NCBI GenBank assembly: GCA_020184695.1
Contig: JAANOX010000046.1
Span: forward strand, 62,001-126,000
Length of the DNA stretch: 64,000 bases
Direction: 5' to 3'
Source: Histomonas meleagridis 2922-C6/04-290x
Lineage: Eukaryota > Protista > Parabasalia
Shown here: positions 1 through 11,074 of the stretch, piece after piece
Layout of the letters: every line of letters begins with the position of its first letter
Position numbering within the stretch: the first letter of the stretch is position 1
Program-made: the position numbers and the translations under genes
The notes under the pieces: generated by a model
Seen by the model: only the letters and a program-made list of their open reading frames with translations
Told to the model about the DNA's origin: nothing
The model's database searches: none

Positions 1-457
1 CCATACATCAACATTGAAACGGATATCAAAAAAAAAAATGTGAGATCCCAAAATGAAAACAACGTTTTTTAAATGGTTCATGATATTCATCAACATTTTA
101 ATAATGTACATATTTACCACCATCATCACCATTGTTTTCTGGTTTAAGACATTGAATTTTTTTATATGCAGTTTCATCATAATCTTGATTGAGGATTTCA
201 CCTAAAAAAACTTAAAGGTTCATTACGAGCAATTTCATATACTTTTGGGCTTTGTTTACAATATCTGAATATATGTAAAAGACATGTTGTGAACACAAAC
301 TTGAAGAGTTACATTTAATGGATTTTTTTGAACCAAAAAGGTGCCGAGCTACGATCAAAACGCACAGAATCTATGATGATAAACTATACAAAAAAGTTAT
401 AACAAGCTTATTACGATACATTTTGACATGTGAAATAAAATATCATGTGAAATCAAC

Positions 458-1678
458 ATGGAAAAAAGGAAAAATAAAAAAATTCAAAATGAATGGGAAA
501 GACTCACATCATTAAAGCAACTAATTTTTGCATTGTGTAAAGAAAATATTATTCAGTCATCAAGTTTGATAATGAACAAATTTGTTGATGAATATCCATT
601 TTCTTATAATCTAATTATTAGTCAGATGATATATGCATTTCCTATCACGATGATGAATGATATTGATCTATATTTAAATTTAATAAAAGAAATTGAAACA
701 TTTGAGGAAAATGGCAAATGCAAATCAAAATTTATAGATGTGTTTAAAGATTTTCTTTTAAGCAAAGACACCCAAGAATCTAGTTATATTCTCGAGAATA
801 TGGTTAAGAAAAAATTTATTGAACTCAATCATTCACAAGTTTTACATAATTTATATTTCGCTCATTATGTTACAGAAGAAGAACTCAAAATTTATTTTTT
901 TGATATGTGTATGAATGAAGTTCAAAAAAACTTTTTTGATAATTATGATGAACTTTCAAAGAATAACTGGAAACTTCATAAGAAATTAATTGAAGAAGGA
1001 CATAATCCAAATAAAATTTTGAAAATAATTCGAAATGATGAAATCGAAAAATTTCAAAAAATTTCATCCCAAACAAATTTTAATATTGATCAAGAAGTGG
1101 TGCCATCACTTTATGAAAGATGTTCATTTATTAATCAGTATGGTGTGAAGCTTATTGATTATGCAGCATTTTTTGGATCTATTAAATGTTTTAAATATTT
1201 ATTGTTAAATGGAGCTAATTTAAGTAATACAAGTAAATATGCAATTGCAAGTGGAAATCTTGAAATTATTCATATATGTGAACAAAATAATTCTTCATTT
1301 AAAGATGCATATGAAACAGCAATTAAATTTCATAAAAATGATATCTTTAAATATATTTATGAAAATAAATTAGAAAAAATCAATTTAGAAGAAATAGGAA
1401 TTAAATGTATTCTATATCATAACTATGAAATATTTTCATTTTTACTTGAAGAAGGAATGGAAATTCATGATTCTATTATTAATGAATCTGCAAAAATTGG
1501 AAATATATTTCTTCTAAAGCATTTTCTTAATGAATATCATATTCCAAATGATATTTTAATTTTCTCTGTAGAATCTGGAAATATCGAACTTGTTCAATAT
1601 GTTCTTGAACAAAAAGATGTAGATATTAACACTAAAGGCGTTTATTTGCTTTGTTTAATTTTTAATTTTTATTTGTAA
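458..1678 (+). CDS. DUF3447-type ankyrin-repeat protein, N-terminal ORF of ankyrin locus 1 (gene probably continues through the 170-nt array to 2500)
   Basis: 406-aa ORF with LIDYAAFFGSIKCFKYLLLNGA and AIASGNLEIIHICEQ motifs typical of trichomonad DUF3447/ankyrin proteins; it runs into the first spacer after DINTKG and stops inside it. Confidence 0.85.
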   Translation: MEKRKNKKIQNEWERLTSLKQLIFALCKENIIQSSSLIMNKFVDEYPFSYNLIISQMIYAFPITMMNDIDLYLNLIKEIETFEENGKCKSKFIDVFKDFLLSKDTQESSYILENMVKKKFIELNHSQVLHNLYFAHYVTEEELKIYFFDMCMNEVQKNFFDNYDELSKNNWKLHKKLIEEGHNPNKILKIIRNDEIEKFQKISSQTNFNIDQEVVPSLYERCSFINQYGVKLIDYAAFFGSIKCFKYLLLNGANLSNTSKYAIASGNLEIIHICEQNNSSFKDAYETAIKFHKNDIFKYIYENKLEKINLEEIGIKCILYHNYEIFSFLLEEGMEIHDSIINESAKIGNIFLLKHFLNEYHIPNDILIFSVESGNIELVQYVLEQKDVDINTKGVYLLCLIFNFYL

Positions 1679-2500
1679 TGTTTATTTTATTAATTTACTT
1701 CAAAATAATATTTGGAAATAATATAAATTATTTTGGACATCACTTATCCTTGCATCAATAAATAATTACATAGAAATTGTTAAATTACTTCTGAAACAAG
1801 ATGGAATTGATATTAATGTTAAGGATTTTTATTAATTTTGTTTGATGTTTATTTAAATAATTGAAAATTTAAAAATATAATTTGGAAATTTTTTTAAACA
1901 TTTAGAACAGCACTAATATATGCATCGCTATATGGTTGCACCGAAATAATTGAATTACTTCTTAAACAAAACGAAATTGATATTAATACTAAAGATATTT
2001 ATATATTTAATTCTTAATTTGTTTTATTAATTTTATATTTAAAAATATTATTTGAGAATTATATAAAATATTTAATTCAGCTCTTATAGTTGCATCTGCA
2101 GAAGGTTATAAAGAAATTGTCAAATTACTTCTTTTGCAAAAAGATATTGATGTTAATTCTAAAGATATTTATATCATTTATTTAGAATTTATTTTGATAA
2201 TTTTTAATTTTAATATAATGTTTGGAAATTATTTAAAATATTTTATACAGCTCTTATGTATGCAGTTAAATATGGTTATAATGAAATAATCAAATTACTT
2301 CTTGAACAAAAAGATATTAGTTTTATGGATAAGATTATTTACTTATTTTATTTCGGATTTATTTAATTTGTTTTATGTTTCTTAATAATATTTTTAAATT
2401 ATTTTGAATATTTTGGAAGCTCAAATTCAAATTTTTTGTTATCTTTATAGCTGTAATAATAGGAGTCCTTATGTTATATATAATATCATTTCGTATCTAA
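1640..2500 (+). repeat. 170-nt-period ankyrin module/spacer array, locus 1 (4 modules plus terminal hydrophobic segment)
   Basis: T/S codon of xT(A/S)L at 1737, 1907, 2077, 2247 (exactly 170 apart); modules WTSLILASINNYIEIVKLLLKQDGIDINVKD, RTALIYASLYGCTEIIELLLKQNEIDINTKD, NSALIVASAEGYKEIVKLLLLQKDIDVNSKD, YTALMYAVKYGYNEIIKLLLEQKDISFMDK; terminal 2414-2500 WKLKFKFFVIFIAVIIGVLMLYIISFRI*. Confidence 0.9.
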
Positions 2501-2760
2501 TGTTCTTTAGTGTGATAAAAAACTGATATTAATAAAAAATAAAGTTTTAGAGTAATATTGTAAATATAAAAATTTTTATATAAGTAATATGAAAACATTT
2601 TTAATAATATTCTTTTTATTCTAATTTTTCCTATTTTGACTTTTCACATAGTTTAATTTTTAAAAAATACCTAAACATAAAAAACATTTCATTATCACAT
2701 TAATAATTAAAAAAAAAAATTGGTTATATATTTAATTTACAAACAAACATATATTTAATT

Positions 2761-3978
2761 CTATACCAAATTGGATAATATCACCAATTCATCTTCAACC
2801 GGATCCTTCATATTCGCTATAGTGAAATTATTTTCATTGTTAATTATTTCCTCACCTCTATACTCGTTCTTTAATCGAAAGTAATAAATATCCAACGAAA
2901 CGAACACAGCATAAAACACTTGTTCATAAAACACGCAAGTTGATTTCCACAATCTATTAAAGATATTATACAAAACGATTACCATTACTAAAAGCACTAA
3001 AACTATAAATTGTTTTCCGAATTTGATAATTAAATTAAACTTTTTCGATTCCGAAGAATTTTCATTTTCTCCAAATTGTCCGAGCATATTAATGGAAATA
3101 ATAATTCCGGTATTAACTATTTCCATATATGATAACGCAATATTTACTAAGACAAATGTGATCGGAAGCCATATGATCAAATCGTCGATATAAAACACAG
3201 CAGCTTTCATCCCAAAAAATAAAAAACAGATGTTAAACGAAGACATAAAATCTTTAAATGATATTCCATCACGATATATTCCATGGCCTAAAAATAGACA
3301 ACTGTTAACTGCGAAAAAAAAGGAAATTGTGATAATGTGGAAAAATTGTATTAATAAAATATGGAAAAAATCAAACTTTTCATCTGACGATAAATCAAGC
3401 CAATATTGGGTCATGAAAATGGAATCAAGACACATAAGGACAAATGATACGCCTAACATCAAATGAATTGTGATGAAAAATTCTCGATGCAAAATGATGT
3501 TAATGATCCAATAAAGTAAAAATAAGGGATAAAGATAACTGTTCCCAAGAAATATGTATGGAATTAGAAGTTCTCGTCGATCAAGCATTGTATATTTATT
3601 ACGAAATGTATATTGAACGGAAAATGTTGCTTTTTGACAATTGGATATAACTGCAACATAGTTGCCTTCTTCAGTTATTTCACCTGTCCAAATATTATTA
3701 TAACTAATTGGATTATAAATAAATTGATAATCAGATGGAATACTGAAATTGCTTTGACATATTGATTTTTGAATTGAGCGTTTTACTTGTTGATAATGTT
3801 CTTGTTCATATATTCGAATGGCAATACCATCTAATTTTAAGCCAATGATTGAAAAAGTAAAAGTTCCTCCCCTAATAAAACCAAATTCCTCGATTACATG
3901 CATGTTTTTCTCCTTTTGTAGAAGGACATTATTTGAATATGAATATGAAAAAGCAAGAAATACTTGAGCGAGGATCAT
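2761..3978 (-). CDS. Seven-transmembrane protein, GPR107/108 (lung seven-TM receptor)-like
   Basis: 405 aa; N-terminal signal peptide, luminal domain, then about 7 hydrophobic segments; family assigned from overall architecture. Confidence 0.55.
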   Translation of the reverse strand: MILAQVFLAFSYSYSNNVLLQKEKNMHVIEEFGFIRGGTFTFSIIGLKLDGIAIRIYEQEHYQQVKRSIQKSICQSNFSIPSDYQFIYNPISYNNIWTGEITEEGNYVAVISNCQKATFSVQYTFRNKYTMLDRRELLIPYIFLGNSYLYPLFLLYWIINIILHREFFITIHLMLGVSFVLMCLDSIFMTQYWLDLSSDEKFDFFHILLIQFFHIITISFFFAVNSCLFLGHGIYRDGISFKDFMSSFNICFLFFGMKAAVFYIDDLIIWLPITFVLVNIALSYMEIVNTGIIISINMLGQFGENENSSESKKFNLIIKFGKQFIVLVLLVMVIVLYNIFNRLWKSTCVFYEQVFYAVFVSLDIYYFRLKNEYRGEEIINNENNFTIANMKDPVEDELVILSNLV

Positions 3979-4121
3979 TTTTTGTGGAAAGAAATATTGA
4001 ATGCTTTACTTCGTTGAAACCTGTTTGAATCATACAAATTATGTCATCGATAATTTAATGGTTTTATTTTCGACATAAACAAAAATTTATGAAGTGAAGT
4101 GTTTGTCACTTTTCCGGACAA

Positions 4122-4958
4122 ATGCTAGGATCTCTTTTTTTTGGGTCCTTCATCACAATTTTTGGGCATTGTATTCATGTTCTTTCTTTATTTCTTCTAT
4201 TAAACTCACAACAAATGGCTTCGCCACTAAAACTTATATTTAGGAGATCATATATATTTGGAGTTTTTGTTCTAGTAGTGTCAAATTTAATCATTTCATT
4301 TTCATGTCGTCTAATCCACCCGCTTCTTGTGTCAAATCTTAATGTTTCAATTCCTCTACTAATGACAATTTTACCCACATTAATTTTATCACGTCAAACA
4401 ATTAAAAAACCATTAAAAATGGGATATCTCAGTATAATTATTATTTGTTTCCTTCTAATAATCCTATCACCAGATTCAATTATTCAATCACAAGAAATAG
4501 TTTCATATTTTGTGTACATCATTAGTTTTATAATTTTATTCATTATATCACTTAAGGAGAGGAGGCTTTTAGCTTCTTCACTTGGTTTTTCACTATCTGC
4601 ATTATTTTATTCAATTAAACAGAACAAATATTTTATCACAATGGAGTCGACTATAATGTATATATTTGGGCTTACACTCCATCTCTTTGGCCTTTATAAG
4701 CTTATAGCCATGAAACCTAATGCTCTTGAGTACTGTACTCCATTTATATTACATTTGTTTCTCGAATTTTTCTTTTCAATTATCACATCGAATTTTGACG
4801 CATTCGAATCAGTAAAAAATGTTTTGTTTTCCGTACTGACAGTCGTTAATGGAGTAGCTTCGTTAGTAATAACAAGAAGCGCTCCAAGTGTCGGCGAATT
4901 CACATTAAGGAGTAGTACGCTCGAAAATAAAAATATCGGTGAAGAAGATTTTTTGTAA
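4122..4958 (+). CDS. Multi-pass membrane protein, function unknown
   Basis: 278-aa ORF with about 8-9 hydrophobic segments and a short polar C-terminus. Confidence 0.6.
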   Translation: MLGSLFFGSFITIFGHCIHVLSLFLLLNSQQMASPLKLIFRRSYIFGVFVLVVSNLIISFSCRLIHPLLVSNLNVSIPLLMTILPTLILSRQTIKKPLKMGYLSIIIICFLLIILSPDSIIQSQEIVSYFVYIISFIILFIISLKERRLLASSLGFSLSALFYSIKQNKYFITMESTIMYIFGLTLHLFGLYKLIAMKPNALEYCTPFILHLFLEFFFSIITSNFDAFESVKNVLFSVLTVVNGVASLVITRSAPSVGEFTLRSSTLENKNIGEEDFL

Positions 4959-5189
4959 ATTATTATAATTAAATGTTATTTTCCATGTAAATAATTTTTT
5001 TTTTTTAATATAAAATGAGAAAGTTTTGAAATATTGTTTAACACTTATTTTTCATGCTTTTAAAAATAATTTCTTGTGAAAATAAATAAAAATAATTATT
5101 AATCAAAAGATTTTATCATGTTGTTAAATTAAAATGTTTGCTAAAGAAAATATAAAACATTGTTTATTTAAACAAAAGAAATTTATATT

Positions 5190-6581
5190 TCAATGAACCC
5201 AAAGTTTCATTCGATATGGGATTATTTCTTCAATTGGTTCATTTACTGCAATTATTGGCGGACTAGTCCATTGGAACTGAACCCTATTGAAGACCGGCTC
5301 TTCGAACTCATCCGGGAAGAAGTCATCAATGAATTGATTTGCTAGCGTTGCAACTTCTTCGTTTTCCGAAGATGACAACTCTTGAATCAATTCTGCTTTT
5401 TCCTCAGAAACGAATTCCAATTTCCGGTTAAAATATGATAAAATTGTTCCTAAAAGTTTTAGTGTTTTTATACTTATTTCATCATTTTCTAACTCAAGAA
5501 AAGATATTATTGATTTAACACAGGATTTAAAAATTGGCCTAAGTATGCCCAAATCCACATTAAGATCAAATATACTAAAAGTTAATTTCGTTGCTTCAAC
5601 TTTGCTATTAAAATTCCCACTTTCAAAAATATTTTCAATAACATCAAAATAATTACTCATAATGACACTTTTAACTGAAATAGGATAAATTTGAATGAGC
5701 TTATTGAAACATTTGAATGCATTTTTTTTAACGTTAAAATCCTTATGAAGAAGGAGACTAATTAAGTTCCTCCACGAGTCTTCTTGTAATTGCAAGCCAG
5801 TACTAAATATAACTTTTATTGCTTTTAAGGCTGGGACTAATTCTGATGGATTTGATGAATAAAGAAATTGATCAACCAAAAATGGAAATGGAGGCTGAAT
5901 AATAAATGGCTCTGGATTGTTTGATTTTTTAGAAAGATAATAGATAATCCATAAGGAATATGCATGAAAGTATTCAGAAGTTGATTCTAAAATTGTGCGC
6001 GTGAAATCTAATGTTATATTAAAATTCTCAATATCTTGAATCCCAAAATATGAATAGACAACTAAAATTTCAAATGATGTTAAGCGGATATCAAATGAAA
6101 TGTCTTCGTTCATTATAAATTCAGATATGAGTTGAGGTATTGGAAAAATTGAAAGTGAATAATCACGATTCTGAATATCTCCTTTGCAAAAACTTTTGAT
6201 GCAGTTAAGAGATAAAAAAACAATATCTTCTGATTCATGATGTATGAATTGAATTAAAAAATCGAAATAAGAAAAATTACAAATAAGGCACGGGGCTTTA
6301 AAATTCGATGAAAATTCTAATTGTAGGATTTGAAGAACATTTGTTATGATTGAAGGAATATTTGAGATGCATAAATTTGTTAATATAAAAAATATAGAAT
6401 TGAAAAAATATTCTGGATTAAGTGAAGTACCTGATGAAACGCATGTTACTAGTTTTCCTAGTGCTTCAACAATTGTGTTAATGGTGATCTCGTTGACCTC
6501 TAAACTTAATTGTTTAATAATTTCACCAATCACTACAGGTGGAGGTCTTTTTTCATGAATGTCTTCTGCTTTTTCATCCAA
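5190..6581 (-). CDS. ARM/HEAT-repeat protein (importin-alpha-like)
   Basis: 463-aa helical-repeat ORF (e.g. AYSLWIIYYLS, ELVPALKAIKVI, SKVEATKLTFSI). Confidence 0.55.
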   Translation of the reverse strand: MDEKAEDIHEKRPPPVVIGEIIKQLSLEVNEITINTIVEALGKLVTCVSSGTSLNPEYFFNSIFFILTNLCISNIPSIITNVLQILQLEFSSNFKAPCLICNFSYFDFLIQFIHHESEDIVFLSLNCIKSFCKGDIQNRDYSLSIFPIPQLISEFIMNEDISFDIRLTSFEILVVYSYFGIQDIENFNITLDFTRTILESTSEYFHAYSLWIIYYLSKKSNNPEPFIIQPPFPFLVDQFLYSSNPSELVPALKAIKVIFSTGLQLQEDSWRNLISLLLHKDFNVKKNAFKCFNKLIQIYPISVKSVIMSNYFDVIENIFESGNFNSKVEATKLTFSIFDLNVDLGILRPIFKSCVKSIISFLELENDEISIKTLKLLGTILSYFNRKLEFVSEEKAELIQELSSSENEEVATLANQFIDDFFPDEFEEPVFNRVQFQWTSPPIIAVNEPIEEIIPYRMKLWVH

Positions 6582-6706
6582 TGATTTGATTGGATCAAAT
6601 GTAAGTGATGAATTTTTATATTGCGTTTTTTTGAACGATCGGTTTTAACGGTAAATAAAATAGATGTGTTAATTTATCTAAAATTTATTCAAACAAAACT
6701 TTCTGT

Positions 6707-7966
6707 TCATCTCGTTCGTCCTTTGCGATATCCATTTCCTTGAGTTGAAATGTTATTTGGAAATGATCTCATTTGATTTCTCTGAGGTGGAACAGACAAG
6801 AGATTACTCTTGCTTTCAAGCTGATTTAAGTCGTTCTTACACATTTCAGAATCCCCTAGCATAAGCCAGAAAGAAGCTCTCATCTGAAGTGCCTTATCTG
6901 TTTTCTTGATTTTGAGAGATCTTGTACAATCAAGGATTGCATCCTGTATCTTGTAACAATTGATTAACGCAAATGCTCTGTGAAGGTAAATTTCTGGATC
7001 ATCTGGATTCTTTTCGATCATTTCGGTTGCAAGACTAATTGCGGCAGGCCAGTTCGATTTAGCTATGAACTTGAGTACATCAGATTCCTCCTTTGACTTC
7101 GGAATGATTCTGTTTCGTGATTTCTGATTTGATTTTGGTCGAATTCGCGATGGAAAGATTGGAGTAGTACTTTGTGGCGCAAGAGGTTCTTTTAGCATGA
7201 TTTTAATTCCTTCTCCTATTGGCTCTAAAGGTGGAAGGTTGTTTCGGAATTGGGAAATCGCATCCAAAAACCGCCCGCTGCTGCTATCGTCAATCGGGAG
7301 GTTTGTCTCAGAAAAAGTGAGTTTAGGGATGAGGTGAAATCCTGAGTTGAAGACATGGCGCAAATCAGTGATATCTCCAAGGATAAGCTCCATAAGAGGT
7401 GTTGGATAATCTGTCTGAGAAATTAAGTGGATTTCATCTAATAAATGTGTATAATGTGGAATTTCAGACTTACACATATTTAAATTAGAAATATCTTCAT
7501 AAAATTTGGTTTCATATTCATCACTTTCAGAAATTATAGATGATATAAAACCAATAAATTTGAAAATATTTAAACAATTTGAGGATTTGTGTGACTCACA
7601 AATTTGATTAATTTCATCATATTTGTGAGAGCGAAGAGACTGACCAACAGCTATGAGTAGATCACTGTCTTTGATATTGGTGACAGGCTCTTCTGAATTT
7701 AAGCATGAAGGATGAAAAAGGTCAGGAGAAACATGGGATTGTGAAGTTAAAAGATTTGCTGGGTTTCGGATTTGGTGTCTCCTTCGAACTTGGTTTGCGG
7801 TGACGGAATGTTCTGTGAAATAAGAAATGCTTTCATCTTTATAATGAGAAATTTGTAGAGGGGAAAGTTCAGGTGGTGCCATTGCTAAAGTAAAAGGAAT
7901 TTCAGGGTTTATAGAATTTGATATTGGAAACTCAAATTGACTTGTTTGACCTACAATATTAAGCAT
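6707..7966 (-). CDS. TPR-containing protein
   Basis: 419 aa; C-terminal TPR-like units (WPAAISLATEMIEKNPDDPEIYLHRAFALINCYKIQDAILDCTRSL). Confidence 0.65.
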   Translation of the reverse strand: MLNIVGQTSQFEFPISNSINPEIPFTLAMAPPELSPLQISHYKDESISYFTEHSVTANQVRRRHQIRNPANLLTSQSHVSPDLFHPSCLNSEEPVTNIKDSDLLIAVGQSLRSHKYDEINQICESHKSSNCLNIFKFIGFISSIISESDEYETKFYEDISNLNMCKSEIPHYTHLLDEIHLISQTDYPTPLMELILGDITDLRHVFNSGFHLIPKLTFSETNLPIDDSSSGRFLDAISQFRNNLPPLEPIGEGIKIMLKEPLAPQSTTPIFPSRIRPKSNQKSRNRIIPKSKEESDVLKFIAKSNWPAAISLATEMIEKNPDDPEIYLHRAFALINCYKIQDAILDCTRSLKIKKTDKALQMRASFWLMLGDSEMCKNDLNQLESKSNLLSVPPQRNQMRSFPNNISTQGNGYRKGRTR

Positions 7967-8044
7967 CCACTTATAGAAATGTTATATGAAATATTAACTA
8001 CATAAACTATTTAATCGAAGGGTACCCCATAATGACGGTTAATC

Positions 8045-8065
8045 AACGGTTTTGGCCCTTCCTTT
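8045..8065 (+). promoter_or_regulatory. Trichomonad M3 (AACGGTTT) and M5 (CCTTT) core-promoter motif pair upstream of RPS8
   Basis: AACGGTTT at 8045-8052 and CCTTT at 8061-8065, just before ATG 8071; the M3+M5 pairing is described for Trichomonas vaginalis ribosomal protein genes. Confidence 0.6.
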
Positions 8066-8070
8066 TCCGA

Positions 8071-8670
8071 ATGGGTATCACACGTATGGGAGATCTTAAG
8101 CGCGCAAAATCAGGCGCACGTTCAGTCGCATGGCGTAACAAGCGTAATCATGCAGTCGGCCGCCCAGCAGCTAACACACGTATCGGTGAAAAGAGAATCC
8201 ATCTTGTTCGTACACGTGGTGGTAACTACAAGCGTAGGGCCCTCCGTCTTGACCATGGCACATTCTCATGGGCTTCAGAAAACGTTTCACGCAAAACACG
8301 TATCCTTTCAACTGTTTATCACCCATCAGATAACGAATTCGTCCGTACAAACACACTTACAAAGGGCTCCATCGTTTCCATTGATTCTGCTCCATTCAAG
8401 CAATGGTATGAACGTCATTATGGCAAAGGACTTGGTCGCTCACAATACGAAAAACCAGCAAACGTAAGCGAAAGAGTCAAACAAAGATGGGAAAAACTCG
8501 CTAATGAAGCACCACTTGCTAACAACTTAGTTTCTCAATTTGATCAAGGTCGTGTTCTTGCTGCCATTGCATCACGTCCAGGTCAATGTGGTCGTGCTGA
8601 TGGTTATATCCTTGAAGGTGAAGAGCTTGATTTCTACATGGCTCGTGTTTCCAAGAAGGGCAAGAAATAA
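8071..8670 (+). CDS. RPS8: 40S ribosomal protein S8 (eS8)
   Basis: MGITRMG start, GRPAANT, RTRGGNYKRRALRLD, NEFVRTNTLTKG, SRPGQCGRADGYILEGEEL; the true start is ATG 8071, not 8032. Confidence 0.97.
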   Translation: MGITRMGDLKRAKSGARSVAWRNKRNHAVGRPAANTRIGEKRIHLVRTRGGNYKRRALRLDHGTFSWASENVSRKTRILSTVYHPSDNEFVRTNTLTKGSIVSIDSAPFKQWYERHYGKGLGRSQYEKPANVSERVKQRWEKLANEAPLANNLVSQFDQGRVLAAIASRPGQCGRADGYILEGEELDFYMARVSKKGKK

Positions 8671-8872
8671 GACATTCAATTAAACGATAATTTATCATTT
8701 TTATAATATCACAAGGCCTCTTTTTTTAAACAGCTGAAACAATTCTTTCTAAATAATTTTGCTTCCATCTTCAAAAATTTTCAACAAAATGGTATGGGGT
8801 GCCCCAAATTCTTACCTGATTTTAGGTCACCCCGAACAATAAACACAAAATTTTAATTAGAACAGAAAAAAA

Positions 8873-9240
8873 ATGACCAACGAAAGTGATCAAGTTCAAG
8901 TACATCTTACTGTACATCAAGATAATGAAGATCTTCAAATTGATTTTACTTATGATACAAAAATGATAATATTGATGATATTGTGAAAGATTTAGTAGAA
9001 AGTGTGAATTTAACTCCAAAAGAAGAAAAAGAACTGAAAGATATGATAAACAAACAGATTGAAGCAGCTAGACTTGGCAATGATGAATCAAGTGGCGATG
9101 AAATTGACGATCCAAGTTATACCGAATTACTTCAGAAACAAAGAAACCAAATCAATGAAATGAATGCACGGCATCAAGCTGAACAGCAAGAATTAATTCA
9201 AAGACTAACAAGAACAAATGATGATCTTCTTATCTTTTAA
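8873..9240 (+). CDS. Small protein with a WNK/OSR1 CCT-like N-terminus and coiled coil, split by a 1-nt frameshift in an A5 run at 8959-8963
   Basis: ATG 8873 gives MTNESDQVQVHLTVHQDNEDLQIDFTYDTK; adding one A joins it to NDNIDDIVKDLVESVNLTPKEEKELKDMINKQIE... ending at 9240. Confidence 0.5.
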
Positions 9241-9403
9241 TCAATTAAAGTGTTTCATGAAAGAAAAAAAAAATAAAGATTTATGAATTTATATTTTTTT
9301 GAGGTAAAATCTAATTGATTAATGTTTTTTTGAAACTTAAACTGCGACTTTGTGAGCAGAATTGAAAAAAAAATTTTTGAACGTTTTTGGAGCCGTTTAA
9401 TAA

Positions 9404-11074
9404 TTGAATGAAACCCTAAAATCACATCCTAAAACCCGCCAAAACATATCAACATATATTTATATGGAATTAAAGACAAATTTAACAATGCAACATTTCA
9501 TTCCGAAAAATGTTTGGATCTCATCTTCCTTATCCAATCAACAAAATATGATATTAATTGAAATTCAACAAATCTTGCCTGGCATAGGAATAACTTCAAA
9601 ATTTGGGGATACAAAAACGCTTCATGTTGGAACTAAATATGAAGTGGTATCAAATCTTGGCCAAAAAATAATATTTATCACTCCAAATGTTCTGAAAGAT
9701 TTAATCAGACAAAACAAGTTTCAATTTTACTTACCTGCAAACACAACGCATTGTGTTTCTCTTTGTTTAACATCTATTAAGGTATCTGTTTATTCAATCC
9801 CAAAAGAAGATATCGTAAAAATTTCAAAAATGACAACTCTACTTGGCGGTGAATTTGTTACATTAAATCACCCAAACCTTGTGGATGTGCTAATTACGAC
9901 ATCACCAATTCCATCTTCAAAAGTTTCAAATTTTATTGATCAAATTCAATTTGTAACCATTGATTGGCTCCTCAAATGTTATGAAAAATTGGAGCTCGTT
10001 CCATATACAGATTTTCTTATACCTCGTTTTTCATCACTTGAATTTTCTTCCAGTGATTTAGATCCTTCGTATTCAGAGAGAATGAAGCAACTTATAGACA
10101 AGAACGGAGGGAAATACGCTGATTCTCTTAGTGACACGACGAACATTCTCATTGCATCTAAATTATCAATGACCAAAAAAATTAAACTTGCTCTTAAATT
10201 ATCAATTCCTATTGTCAAACCCGAATGGGTCATTCATCAGTCGCTACAGATGACACCAATTAGTTCCTTTGTACTAAATTTTTGGTGTTTGAAAAAATAC
10301 AAAACAAATTTATTTGAAAATTTTTCATTTGCAATACATTCCGAATGCAGCGAATTCATTGACATTCTCACCGAAGCCATCAAATTCAATTCTGGCAAAT
10401 TTGATGATAATCCGAATATTTATATAGTTCCAAATCTATATAATATTGGGCACAACCAAGTCCGTTATGTAACTCCGATATGGGTTTGGCGTTGTATTTC
10501 AGATCAAAAACTAATATCTGAACAAAGTTCAATTGTATATAAACCTTTTAACTATACAATGCCATCCGAATCATTTAATGGATATGTTATAGCGCTTTGT
10601 AAGTTGGACGAGATAAGAAAGTTTGAACTATCCGAAGGATTACGAACGCTTGGTTTTTCTGTCCATTTTAAGGCAACAAGAGCAGCAAATATAATTGTCA
10701 CGGAAGCTTTGGATGGATCGTTAACGAAAAAAGCAAAAAAGTTTAACATCGAAATTGTTTCTCCGAAATGGGTAATCGAAATATTTAAAACAAATAAATT
10801 ACCTCCAACAAAGAAATACTCATTCGGTGTTTTGGAAAACAATACAAATGTGGTGGACGCCTTATATCAAAAAATTAAAGAAAATGATCAATCTAAAAAA
10901 TTGACAAAAGATATTTGTCTCATCGATTTGGATAATTTCTCACAAAATGAGCCAAAGGAAAAGTCTTCTTCACCACCGCGTGTGAAGTATGACATGAATT
11001 ATGATAAACAGGATATAAAAGTTCCAATATATTTCGAAAAAGATCCTCTCCTTCAAGCGCTTTCCAGCTTATAG
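9404..11074 (+). CDS. Multi-BRCT-domain protein (TopBP1/Rad4-like)
   Basis: Repeated BRCT signatures: LLGGEF..VTIDWLLKC, NGGKY..TNILIA..IVKPEWV, VTPIWVWRC, IVSPKWVIE; start codon uncertain. Confidence 0.75.
   Translation: MNETLKSHPKTRQNISTYIYMELKTNLTMQHFIPKNVWISSSLSNQQNMILIEIQQILPGIGITSKFGDTKTLHVGTKYEVVSNLGQKIIFITPNVLKDLIRQNKFQFYLPANTTHCVSLCLTSIKVSVYSIPKEDIVKISKMTTLLGGEFVTLNHPNLVDVLITTSPIPSSKVSNFIDQIQFVTIDWLLKCYEKLELVPYTDFLIPRFSSLEFSSSDLDPSYSERMKQLIDKNGGKYADSLSDTTNILIASKLSMTKKIKLALKLSIPIVKPEWVIHQSLQMTPISSFVLNFWCLKKYKTNLFENFSFAIHSECSEFIDILTEAIKFNSGKFDDNPNIYIVPNLYNIGHNQVRYVTPIWVWRCISDQKLISEQSSIVYKPFNYTMPSESFNGYVIALCKLDEIRKFELSEGLRTLGFSVHFKATRAANIIVTEALDGSLTKKAKKFNIEIVSPKWVIEIFKTNKLPPTKKYSFGVLENNTNVVDALYQKIKENDQSKKLTKDICLIDLDNFSQNEPKEKSSSPPRVKYDMNYDKQDIKVPIYFEKDPLLQALSSL

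Noticed and set aside
8959-8963. Programmed frameshift in the small CCT-like gene
   Set aside because: It lies in an A homopolymer and is most simply an indel error; it is noted as a caution that some single-base anomalies here may be assembly artefacts.
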